A DNA stretch of 64,000 nt from an uncultured Candidatus Poseidoniales archaeon. GTDB taxonomy: Archaea > Thermoplasmatota > Poseidoniia > Poseidoniales > Thalassarchaeaceae. The DNA lies in the NCBI GenBank assembly GCA_964556195.1, contig CAZKVK010000001.1, positions 1,180 to 65,179 of the forward strand, read 5' to 3'. Below the pieces are notes generated by a model. That model saw only the letters and a list, made by a program, of their open reading frames with translations, was not told where the DNA came from and searched no databases. Shown piece after piece: positions 36,010-45,246 of the stretch. How positions within the stretch are numbered: position 1 is the stretch's first letter; the number at the start of each line of letters is the position of its first letter. A program made the translations under genes and the position numbers.

Positions 36010-36188
36010 TCATCAGCGCTCTTGTTTGACTTATGACGGTGATGGAGCGTCGTTCGGACACTAACCCTGTACAATTGCCCGACGGCTCCGCCGTCGCGTA
36101 CGTGAGAGAGGTGTGAATTGTGGACGATTGGGGCTATCATTTGGGGTTGCATTGAAGACCTTACGGCCGCGCCCTGCAAACTGGTTTT

Positions 36189-36989
36189 ATGAGCTTGGAG
36201 ATAACACACCTAGGGAGTGGTAGTCGTGGAAATGCCACACTGATCTCGACAGGTGATACAAGAGTCATTGTGGATTGTGGATTTTCTCTAAAACAGATGG
36301 AAGAACGATTGGCTTTGGCGGGCGTCAAAGCATCTTCAATAGATGCAATTATCGTAAGTCATCATCACTCGGACCATTCCAAATCTGCTGCGCGGGCCTC
36401 CAAAAAATGGGATGCGAGATTATACTCAAATCTTGAGACGACCATGCGGTTGGGATTAGAACCTATTTCAGAAGTTAGAACCTTTGAAGGACTGGAAAGA
36501 TTGCATATCTCCGACGACTTAAGCCTCCTACCTGTGCCTGTACCTCATGATGATGCAGATAATGTTGCAATTATTGCAAGTAATGGAGACGGAAGGCGAG
36601 CCGCTATTGTCACTGATTTAGGAGAGCCGACTATTGAATTAATGAAACATTTAGCAGGATGTGAACACATCTCTATCGAGGCTAATTATGACCTGAATAG
36701 ATTAATTTCGGGCCCATATCCTCCCTCTTTAAAGAAGCGAATATCAGGGCGAGGGGGGCACCTTTCAAATCAACAAACCGCTGATATATTGGCTGAAATT
36801 TTACACCCTAAATTGACTAGCATAGTACTCTGCCACCTTTCTGAGAAAAATAACGCGCCACACCTAGCAGAATCCGAAGTTTTGCACCAAATTGGAGAGA
36901 AATTCAATGGCGTTCTTTCAATTTCTAAACAAGAAGGACCAGAGTTTTCTAATTGGCTTGGAAAGGGTGAATTAGAACAAATTAATTGA
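36189..36989 (+). CDS. MBL-fold metallo-hydrolase (YycJ/WalJ-like)
   Basis: LGSGSRGNATLI, metal-binding SHHHSDH, downstream GHLSNQQTADIL typical of the YycJ-like MBL subfamily. Confidence 0.8.
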   Translation: MSLEITHLGSGSRGNATLISTGDTRVIVDCGFSLKQMEERLALAGVKASSIDAIIVSHHHSDHSKSAARASKKWDARLYSNLETTMRLGLEPISEVRTFEGLERLHISDDLSLLPVPVPHDDADNVAIIASNGDGRRAAIVTDLGEPTIELMKHLAGCEHISIEANYDLNRLISGPYPPSLKKRISGRGGHLSNQQTADILAEILHPKLTSIVLCHLSEKNNAPHLAESEVLHQIGEKFNGVLSISKQEGPEFSNWLGKGELEQIN

Positions 36990-37007
36990 AGTATTTGACA
37001 TTGCAAA

Positions 37008-39560
37008 TCAATGACCCATAATTGCTCGATGTACTGCAGTTTGGACATCTCGCATTCGGTCAACAGCGCCTAATTCACGAAATACTGTGAGGGAACGTTG
37101 AAGATAATTCATTCGTGCAGAACGATCACTTTCTACCTCACCTAACCTAGCCAGTAATTCACCTTGTAACAATCTGAAATCATTAGCTTCAGCAACCGCA
37201 AGACCATCCAAGTAACGCTCTGCGGCTTCGGATTTTCGACCTGCATCGCTGAGCACTTGGCCAAGTAACATTTCAACCTCGACTGCACTGTGTGGGTCTG
37301 TTGCTTCAGAGAGGATTTCCAATGCGGCCGAATAGTGAAGTAAAGCTAAATCATTATCCTTCATTCGAGCATAATATCTACCCAATACAGCCCTGCTTCG
37401 AGCATGAAGTGCATCCATTCCATTGTCCTTTGTTCCGTCGTGTGCGGCCATTGCATGATCTCTAGCTCGATCTAATTCACCCATCTCTAGGAAGGCTGAT
37501 GCAAGCCGTACTCTGGCATCCATCAAACTTGGATGTGTTTCTGCGTCAAGCAATTCTTCCACATTTCCATAGACTTCCAAAGCGTGTCTAGTATCTCTAC
37601 GTCGACGGAAAATATATCCCATGTTGATGTAGGATCTTGAGGCACCAACAGCATCTCTTTTTGCAATTTGAATTTCTAATGCTTGACGGTGTAATTCGAG
37701 GGCGTCATCCATCGCCCCTCGTTTAATCGCGATATCAGCACGAGCAGAAAGTAATCTGGCAAGTGTCTCTGCTTCCTTGTGCTTTTTTGCGGTTGGAATT
37801 GCCGCCGCGTATTCTTCTTCAGCCTCATCCCATCGACCCTGTATTGAGAGAATATCACCTCTAAGTTCACGAATTAGACCCCATTGAATAGCATTGAATC
37901 CATCCGATTCCAGACCTCGCAGAATACCTAGCAGTTCGATATGTCCAGACTTAACCAACTCTCTACCATCCTTTTGTAAGACATCGGCAAGAGTATCCAT
38001 ATCTCCCGAGGCATTTAGATGATGGATAAACTCAATCTTCTCTACTGCAGTTTCAGTCCTTGTTCGATACCATTCTACAGCGTTGCTATGCAATTGTGCC
38101 TTCAATGATTCATCCATAGAGCGGACAAGGAATTCACGCACTAAATCGTGAACATCATAGTAATCTGAGTCAATCCTTCTGGCTAGTCCTTTCTCCACCA
38201 AGTCGTCCAGTAAATCCAAATCAGCATCTAAGGTACTCAGTGACTGCAATGGCATCGGTTCTCGAAATACCGCGATAGCACCGAGGAGTCGTTTTTGTGG
38301 ACCTGATAATTTGCTAAAAATTTCCTTCTCAACAAAAGCCTCTAGGGTTGAGTGGAAGGTTTCTCCAACACTACCTCTGTTAATCAATTCGAGGACCAAT
38401 GGATGGCCTCTCGATAAAGTATAGATGTGAAGGAATTGTTGAAGATCGATGTCCGGCATAGCTGTCAGAATTTGTCTGCTAGAATCTTGGTCTAGCCCCT
38501 CAAGTGGTAGAAAATGTGCTACCAAGTTGCCACTCGAATCATTTTCAGGAACTACCATTCTAAATGAACGAGAGAACATTACCAGACCCAATTCATCGGC
38601 TTCGGGCACACGTAGAGTTAGACCTCGAAGAATCGCCACGAAGTTCTCATCCGCTACCTTGTGTAAGTCATCTATCACGATGAGGGCGGGAGCATTTTTC
38701 AGAGCCTCGACGATAATGTTGACTGCCATGGTAACTTGTGGGACTGGTGTTGAGGATACATAATCGCTAAGATCGTTGTTTCCTATCATTGCGAGCCATT
38801 CCGAACAGGCCTCTAGAAACGCTCTGGAACCTTCCCAATCCTGACATCTATGATAAAGTAGATTTCTTCGGTGGGTAAAACGCTCTAGCAATTTGGCCGC
38901 TAGTGCTGTTTTTCCAATCCCGGCGATACCAGGAACAAGCAGTGTTGTAGATTCTGATTCCAAAATATTGGCCATTCTGGCGATTTCATCGCTCCGCCCA
39001 TAGAATCGCCGCAATCTTGGTAGGTCATTCAGGGAATTCACTAGTTGTTTCTCAATATGTTTTGATAGATCCCTTTCTATCAAATCCGGTGATAGTGTAG
39101 ACAGGTCTAGTGTACCGGAATCATCTAGATATCTCAGAATATCGACGTGTCTTAGTGGGAGTTCGGTACTCTCTAAGGCGGTTTGAAGGTCTAGATTTTC
39201 AGCTCTCCCATCTGGATGAATTAATCGAACGGGTTGTTCACTGGCCTTATCCCAGATGCTATCTGCTAGGCTTACCCCTTCGGAAGTTAGAAAGTAGGCT
39301 TTCCTTTTCCGCGATACTCCTGTGACGTGAGCCTGTCTTTCAATTAGATGGCCCGATTCCTTCATTCCAGAAATTGCTCGAGGTACGTTTGATCGCGCAA
39401 TGGAGACTGCATTCGCAATACCCATTTGAGAAATCGCAAATGGCACCTCGACTTTGTCAGCGTAATCCACATAATCTCTGAGATGAAGTAAAATTCGTTC
39501 CTGAACGCCAGGACGTGTCGTAGCCATGGACGCCATTGTACTAGGTGCGATTCCACTCAC
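37008..39560 (-). CDS. STAND-class signal-transduction NTPase: N-terminal winged-helix DNA-binding domain + NB-ARC-like P-loop ATPase + C-terminal TPR array (850 aa)
   Basis: wHTH GIANAVSIARSNVPRAISGMKESGHLI. Walker A LLVPGIAGIGKTALAAKLL, Walker B ALIVIDDLH, STAND GxP-like RGHPLVLEL. C-terminal ~350 aa of TPR-like repeats. Confidence 0.8.
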   Translation of the reverse strand: MSGIAPSTMASMATTRPGVQERILLHLRDYVDYADKVEVPFAISQMGIANAVSIARSNVPRAISGMKESGHLIERQAHVTGVSRKRKAYFLTSEGVSLADSIWDKASEQPVRLIHPDGRAENLDLQTALESTELPLRHVDILRYLDDSGTLDLSTLSPDLIERDLSKHIEKQLVNSLNDLPRLRRFYGRSDEIARMANILESESTTLLVPGIAGIGKTALAAKLLERFTHRRNLLYHRCQDWEGSRAFLEACSEWLAMIGNNDLSDYVSSTPVPQVTMAVNIIVEALKNAPALIVIDDLHKVADENFVAILRGLTLRVPEADELGLVMFSRSFRMVVPENDSSGNLVAHFLPLEGLDQDSSRQILTAMPDIDLQQFLHIYTLSRGHPLVLELINRGSVGETFHSTLEAFVEKEIFSKLSGPQKRLLGAIAVFREPMPLQSLSTLDADLDLLDDLVEKGLARRIDSDYYDVHDLVREFLVRSMDESLKAQLHSNAVEWYRTRTETAVEKIEFIHHLNASGDMDTLADVLQKDGRELVKSGHIELLGILRGLESDGFNAIQWGLIRELRGDILSIQGRWDEAEEEYAAAIPTAKKHKEAETLARLLSARADIAIKRGAMDDALELHRQALEIQIAKRDAVGASRSYINMGYIFRRRRDTRHALEVYGNVEELLDAETHPSLMDARVRLASAFLEMGELDRARDHAMAAHDGTKDNGMDALHARSRAVLGRYYARMKDNDLALLHYSAALEILSEATDPHSAVEVEMLLGQVLSDAGRKSEAAERYLDGLAVAEANDFRLLQGELLARLGEVESDRSARMNYLQRSLTVFRELGAVDRMRDVQTAVHRAIMGH

Positions 39561-39594
39561 TCAAGAAATTAACCGAACGGCGGACTATATTGCT

Positions 39595-42500
39595 TCATTC
39601 ACTAGTATGCTCAGGATCGGGAACCCAATCTTCTTTTTCCGGATCCCAAAGCCAACCGGGGTGCTCATCACTTCTTACTAATTCTCCCGTTGATTCCACT
39701 GTTGCTGATTCATCGGCTTCGTCATCTTCATCTTCTTCGAATGAGATTACTCCACTAAAGAAAAGTGTGGCGCACAGTAATGCGATTATAACCGCAACAA
39801 TCGCAACAATCATCACAGGACTGATTCCACCATCGCTAGATGGAGGTGAAATCTCATCTCCCTGAATTGATTCGGAGCCGCTAATGGAAAATACTGGAGA
39901 AACTGGCTTACTTACCATGGCTCCAGGAATGCCAAGTTCCCATGTAGAATCCTCAAGTACTACTGTAGAATTGACCTGAATCCCACCCAATGTAACCCTA
40001 ACGGTCTTTCCGGGTAAGCCAGAACCACTGAAGGTGATTAACTCATCATCACTGGCAGTGGTTTGATCAGGTGGACCAACATAGAATTCGATTGGAACAA
40101 CATTGAAAGAAACGGGTGTTGAAATCTCCTTTGAACCAAAGGGGTCGGTGGCAAGGAAAATCACATTACTTAGTGACCAAGTATCCATGTCTTCGTTGTA
40201 GAATCCCATCGACTTCGGGTCGTAGAATGCGACACCATCAATACCTATGTTAATTACTAATCCAAACTCATCATCTGATGATCTGGCAGGATCATCGTAA
40301 ACAGACAGAATAAGGGAATTTACCCCATCTACGTCATCGAAGAATTCTAGTAAATCAATTTCGATAGTTGTGCAAGGGTTCTGTGAAGTTGTATCGAATT
40401 CGCAGTATAGAGTAATCTCACTTTGCCAATTCGTTCCATCAAAGGTTGGTCTACTATTGTCTGCATCGGGTGGATTATCTGCAACGACCTGAACTTCCAT
40501 CCAATCGCTGTACTCATAACCATCATAGGACCTTGCTTTGATGAGATATTGCATATTATGAGTCAACAATCTAGAGTCCCATTCCATCTCCCAATAACCA
40601 TTAGACTCGATTTCTGTGACGGCTCCTGAAAAGACATTGATATATCCATTTGAGACGTCAATAACCTCAACATCAACACGAGTTATTTCTCCATCATTAT
40701 CTCGAGCTACCCCGCTAATTATTGATTTCTCATCAACTGCATATATCTGACCGCTTTGAGGAGAAGTTAGACTGACAAATGGGCGAGAGTTTTGGTTGTC
40801 GATTTGCAAGTCTATCACCACTACTTCGCACTCATCAATATATCCCTTGCAGAAGTCGGAATCTGAGGCCCATATTGTGAATGTGTAGGTGGCTAATTCA
40901 CGTGGAAGCCCGCTGAAATCCCACGTCCAAGACCATTCCGTGCCACCTTCTGTAGAAGTTATGACATTGTAGTTTGGGCCTTCTATTTTGAAATAGATTT
41001 GGTCAATATCGGTTCCACAGTCGAAAGGACATCCGTAGGGGTCATGTGCACTTCCTTCGAATGTTACAGTACCATCAGAGTGAGTTGATTGTGTACTCGG
41101 AGAAGTAACAGAGATTGTTGGAGCCTCGGTATTGACCTTAATTGATCTAGTTAGGATTGGGGAATACTCGAGACCATCAAAGGCCCTGAATTCGAAAGTA
41201 TAGTCTCCTTCCTGCCGTCCTGACATATCATATTCGTAATACCAACTACTGAATGGGTGATTATTTCGAGACACATATCCTGGTTCTGCTCCACTTGAGT
41301 CTATGGCGTATCCAGTAGCACTCCAATCACTGGTAAATGGGTCTTTGATTTCTACAGCATGGACAAATCCTTTCTGATCCCATTGGGCTAACTCGTCTGT
41401 TTCGTAAATTCCGGCCCATGTACCATCATAAGCGGAACCGGTTAGATTGACCACTCTTCTGAAAGAATCCCCGTCATTTTGAATTACAGATACACTAGGT
41501 GGATCATTATCTAAGAAAAGAGTGTCTTGGTATGTCGTATCTGAAAGAGTGAACTCTCCGCTATCAATACCATATCCAAAGCGATATGCAGTGTATCTGT
41601 AGAGAGATAATTCTCTAGTTCCGGCAGAATAATCGCAGTCAGGGTCATCTGTATCGAGTAGTAAGTCTCCGTCATTATCCTCTCCATCGGAACAGGAATC
41701 TTCGTATTCATCATCAGCGAAACCATCAGGATTATCGCCTCCGGCTAAGCCTCTGAAATCAAGGTGGAAATTAGAGGCAAGAGAGAACCACGGTGTGTAT
41801 CCATCCGAGTCTGTCTCAAGGCTATAGAGGTCATTTCCAAGTGCATCTTCAATCAACACATTTGCATTTTCAACTCGTTGTCCATTGACGAGAGTTTGGA
41901 ATCTTACCAGTTCAGCCCTTTGTACCTGAACTGCATATTTGGTAGGTTGGGTTTCGATTTTTACCTTGGATAAATCCAAGTTTGAAAGATTAGAGAAGGT
42001 GAAAATAGTGGAGTTATTGTCCATATTTAGTGCTAGAGGGAAATTGTATGGAGTGAAGTCATCACAGGTAGCACAAGCCCTTACCTCGTGTGGTATGACT
42101 CCATTTTGCCAGCCATTCTGAACCCAGGCTTCTTGATCTGCCCATCTAAGCAAAACAGGATGTTCATCCGGTGGAGGGCTTGGGATATATTCCGATTGAA
42201 CGGTTACTGAAGACTTGGAGACGTTGTAAGTCACACTTACTCCATTCCATTCGTTATTGCTGAAGAATGCCAATGTTCCATATTGCTGTGAATCTGCAAA
42301 TCCACTATCATAATGTTGCAATATTGCACCGGTTCCTTGAACATTGAAGACATTTCTTCTAACATCTAGTAGAGCTCCTGTGGCCCTAATTCCATCCGCA
42401 TTTCCGCCTGCATTAATTTCGTTGTCTACAATTGTAGCTCCTGACCTGTGAGCCATGATGGCAGGGCAAGTGAAAGAACCACCCCACCACTTTTGGGAGG

Positions 42501-43830
42501 AGCATTCTCCACCTCCTGTTGATATCGAATTGTTAGCTAAGTAGAGTCGTGCGGGTGTAGGTGATGGGGCTTGAGTTCCATATTCGCCGGCAAGAATTGG
42601 TTCTCTAGCGGTTTCTGAAATCGTATTGTTTTCAGCGATTACATCAAAGCTTCCCAATAGCCAAAGACCGTTCCAACCACCAATTGGTCCAATCTCATTA
42701 TTGTGTATTTCAGCCTTGGAAGAATACACTGCAATTCCAGATCCTTCCGCTGCTCCTGCTAAGTTATTGTTGTGAATTCGAACATTCGCGCCAGAGTATG
42801 CGGTGATTGGAGTTCGTTCAGCTGTTGTGATGATATTATCTGCTATTTCTACATCGTACTCAGTATTGCCAATTGCCTTCAAGCTGTTGACATCGATACC
42901 ATTGCAGGTGACTGAAATAGTGGAATTAGTCACCTTACCAGCCGAGTTCCTGATACTTATTCCAAAATCCCCCCCAGTAACTTGGGAGTTTTGGACTCGA
43001 ATAAAGGTCTGAGATGCCCAAATAGCAGACCTACCTCCATCTCTATTTCCACAGCCCTTGTTGGTTGATTGGAAGCTTGCATCTTGGAAAATCATAGGAG
43101 AAATTGGAGTTCCGCCGCCATAAATTTGCACCGCTTGGCCAGTGACCCCACTCTCATCATCATTACCAGCAACATACTCTCCACCGATGAAAGTGGGTTG
43201 TGCCAAATTCGCTGCTAATACACTAGTTGTGTTGATATCTTCAAATCTCATATCTCGAAGAGTAGGGCTTGCTCCGTCTAGGATTAGTGCACCATATCGA
43301 TATTCGTACTCCAGCTGAATATAGAAGGGAATGCCCCATGCTCCATCAAAATGCATACTTCTCATGCCCGATTGTGACAAGTCCATTGTGTCGCGAAGAA
43401 TTATTCCTTCTCCACATGATGGATCTTCAATCCATATTTGTGAACTTCCAGACCCCAATCCATAGCATTCTCCAGTCGCATTTGGTACCGCAGGGTCTGA
43501 CCATGTAAGGGTAATCGGGTTTCCTGAAGCGGCATTGCCATTAGAACCACAGGAAGCGACTCCAGCACAGAGGTTGCCTCTAACATCGAGCATTGTACCA
43601 TTTGGAAATGAAATGTCAGTTCCGGGGTTGATAATTAGTTTAGCACCAGCGGCGATGGTAACGTCTCCAGTAAGTTGGTGTGTTCCACTCCATGTCTCAA
43701 TCCCAGTAATCGTTCCACTGGTAGTTTCATTATTCGCAGAGACTGGTATAGCGGGACCCACTAAAGCCAACATAGTGCTAGTCATCATTAGGAATACTAG
43801 GAACTGGCTTCTTGCTCGGGCACTCATCAT
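39595..43830 (-). CDS. Giant surface protein (1411 aa): signal peptide, right-handed parallel beta-helix region, Ig-like/fibronectin-like domains, C-terminal TM anchor with acidic Trp-containing tail
   Basis: Signal peptide FLVFLMMTSTMLALVGPAIPVSA. Repetitive N.(I/V)..N beta-helix rungs (NNTISETAREPI, NNSISTGGGE, NNEINAGGNADGI). Cys-bracketed acidic insert CSDGEDNDGDLLLDTDDPDC. C-terminal helix VMIVAIVAVIIALLCATLFF then EEDEDDEADES...HPGWLWDPEKEDWVPDPEHTSE. Confidence 0.85.
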   Translation of the reverse strand: MMSARARSQFLVFLMMTSTMLALVGPAIPVSANNETTSGTITGIETWSGTHQLTGDVTIAAGAKLIINPGTDISFPNGTMLDVRGNLCAGVASCGSNGNAASGNPITLTWSDPAVPNATGECYGLGSGSSQIWIEDPSCGEGIILRDTMDLSQSGMRSMHFDGAWGIPFYIQLEYEYRYGALILDGASPTLRDMRFEDINTTSVLAANLAQPTFIGGEYVAGNDDESGVTGQAVQIYGGGTPISPMIFQDASFQSTNKGCGNRDGGRSAIWASQTFIRVQNSQVTGGDFGISIRNSAGKVTNSTISVTCNGIDVNSLKAIGNTEYDVEIADNIITTAERTPITAYSGANVRIHNNNLAGAAEGSGIAVYSSKAEIHNNEIGPIGGWNGLWLLGSFDVIAENNTISETAREPILAGEYGTQAPSPTPARLYLANNSISTGGGECSSQKWWGGSFTCPAIMAHRSGATIVDNEINAGGNADGIRATGALLDVRRNVFNVQGTGAILQHYDSGFADSQQYGTLAFFSNNEWNGVSVTYNVSKSSVTVQSEYIPSPPPDEHPVLLRWADQEAWVQNGWQNGVIPHEVRACATCDDFTPYNFPLALNMDNNSTIFTFSNLSNLDLSKVKIETQPTKYAVQVQRAELVRFQTLVNGQRVENANVLIEDALGNDLYSLETDSDGYTPWFSLASNFHLDFRGLAGGDNPDGFADDEYEDSCSDGEDNDGDLLLDTDDPDCDYSAGTRELSLYRYTAYRFGYGIDSGEFTLSDTTYQDTLFLDNDPPSVSVIQNDGDSFRRVVNLTGSAYDGTWAGIYETDELAQWDQKGFVHAVEIKDPFTSDWSATGYAIDSSGAEPGYVSRNNHPFSSWYYEYDMSGRQEGDYTFEFRAFDGLEYSPILTRSIKVNTEAPTISVTSPSTQSTHSDGTVTFEGSAHDPYGCPFDCGTDIDQIYFKIEGPNYNVITSTEGGTEWSWTWDFSGLPRELATYTFTIWASDSDFCKGYIDECEVVVIDLQIDNQNSRPFVSLTSPQSGQIYAVDEKSIISGVARDNDGEITRVDVEVIDVSNGYINVFSGAVTEIESNGYWEMEWDSRLLTHNMQYLIKARSYDGYEYSDWMEVQVVADNPPDADNSRPTFDGTNWQSEITLYCEFDTTSQNPCTTIEIDLLEFFDDVDGVNSLILSVYDDPARSSDDEFGLVINIGIDGVAFYDPKSMGFYNEDMDTWSLSNVIFLATDPFGSKEISTPVSFNVVPIEFYVGPPDQTTASDDELITFSGSGLPGKTVRVTLGGIQVNSTVVLEDSTWELGIPGAMVSKPVSPVFSISGSESIQGDEISPPSSDGGISPVMIVAIVAVIIALLCATLFFSGVISFEEDEDDEADESATVESTGELVRSDEHPGWLWDPEKEDWVPDPEHTSE

Positions 43831-43924
43831 ATGTCTGGGGCATCTCGAACTGATTTAATCATAGGGCTTACAGGATTCTAACTAGCCGTAGGCTAGATTC
43901 AACAATTGTGGACATGATTTGATG

Positions 43925-45163
43925 TTAATTGTTCAAATTAAATTCAACTAAAATTTCTTCTAACCAAGCAACTGCATTCAATTCGCCGTAGCCTGATTTG
44001 TTCGAATGAATTGCATCAATTTGTTGCCCCTTTAGTGATGAATTTGCAAGAGCGCTCTTCACCTTAGTCATCTCCTCATCGTCGAATTTTCCATCTTCAC
44101 CTTGCATTTCATTTCCGTGAATTTGTAGAATTAATGCTAGAGCTCCGACTACAATAACCGTGGAGTCAGAGGTTCCGGTTGAATAGGCGTAAGGTGGTGT
44201 GATGTCCGTTGAGGCAGTTGAGAACATTCTAACACCAGGTGCTATAACTTCCGGCTTTTGATGAGGGAAAATCCTTTCTTCATTGTAATACGGGTCTAGC
44301 GCCGATCCTACAGAACTATTTGCCCAAATACGACCGTCGCTTGTTGAGGCTCCAACGGCGATTACCCTCGGAATATTTGCTGGAATTGATACGTCATTTA
44401 TGTTCGTCTTTTGCCCATTATTTCCGGCTGCTGCGACTACAAATATTCCTGCATCAAGCGCCTCATTTACGGCCTCGACGGTTTCGGATTGGAGGTTACT
44501 CATTCCACTTCCAGGTTCACCTCCCAAACTTAGACTAATGATATCAACGTCCTGAGAGATTCTACACCAACGGATTGCCAAAGCGACTCTATCTGACTGT
44601 CCTGCTTCTCCTTCTGGACCAAGAGCTAACGCTACCGAGAGCGAAACACTTGGAGCCGCTCCAACATAGGTGCCATTTGCAAATAATAAACCAGCCATCA
44701 ACGTTCCATGAAAATCTTCTCCAATATCTCGGATATTGTCGTTATCTCCAGCATAAAAATCTCGGAAACCAACTAAATTACCATTATCAAAATCTGGATG
44801 AGAGATATCAATTCCAGTGTCAACTATGCAAACATGCACTCCGTCGCCATAGTATCCCTGAGTTTGTAACTCCCTGATTCCTGAAGACTCATAGGCCCAT
44901 TCGGAATCGGGTAGATAGGATATCAATAATGGTTGAATAGATGACCAAGTCATCAACAATAGCACTGTACCGACTGCAAAACTGGCAGCACCCCATGGCC
45001 ATAGAAACTCCTTCATTGGCCCTAATGGCCAACGAAGCTCTCGCGCTTCTTGATCTGTCAAGCCATAATCAGAACCGGAATACCCAGGTGCTTCTGGGTC
45101 GACAGCGGTTAGCAACCGACTATCTTCGGGTTCAGGCATTAGCTCAAGATCTTCAAGAGTCAT
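43925..45163 (-). CDS. Membrane-anchored S8 subtilisin-like serine protease (type II topology: N-terminal cytoplasmic segment + TM + extracellular protease)
   Basis: Catalytic blocks HVCIVDTGID, EDFHGTLMAGLL, YSTGTSDSTVIVVGALAL. N-terminal helix AASFAVGTVLLLMTWSSI preceded by an acidic 55-aa segment. Confidence 0.8.
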   Translation of the reverse strand: MTLEDLELMPEPEDSRLLTAVDPEAPGYSGSDYGLTDQEARELRWPLGPMKEFLWPWGAASFAVGTVLLLMTWSSIQPLLISYLPDSEWAYESSGIRELQTQGYYGDGVHVCIVDTGIDISHPDFDNGNLVGFRDFYAGDNDNIRDIGEDFHGTLMAGLLFANGTYVGAAPSVSLSVALALGPEGEAGQSDRVALAIRWCRISQDVDIISLSLGGEPGSGMSNLQSETVEAVNEALDAGIFVVAAAGNNGQKTNINDVSIPANIPRVIAVGASTSDGRIWANSSVGSALDPYYNEERIFPHQKPEVIAPGVRMFSTASTDITPPYAYSTGTSDSTVIVVGALALILQIHGNEMQGEDGKFDDEEMTKVKSALANSSLKGQQIDAIHSNKSGYGELNAVAWLEEILVEFNLNN

Positions 45164-45246
45164 TCACCAATCACTAACTCATTCTGTTCAGTTTTCACCT
45201 ATGAGGTCTTGTCTTGAACAAGGCTGTAAAAGGAGTCTTGGTTACG

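Noticed and set aside
36180-36189. TTTTATG immediately at the MBL hydrolase start as a TATA box
   Set aside because: It overlaps the start codon itself, which leaves no room for a transcript start. The real promoter must lie further upstream in the GC-rich spacer.
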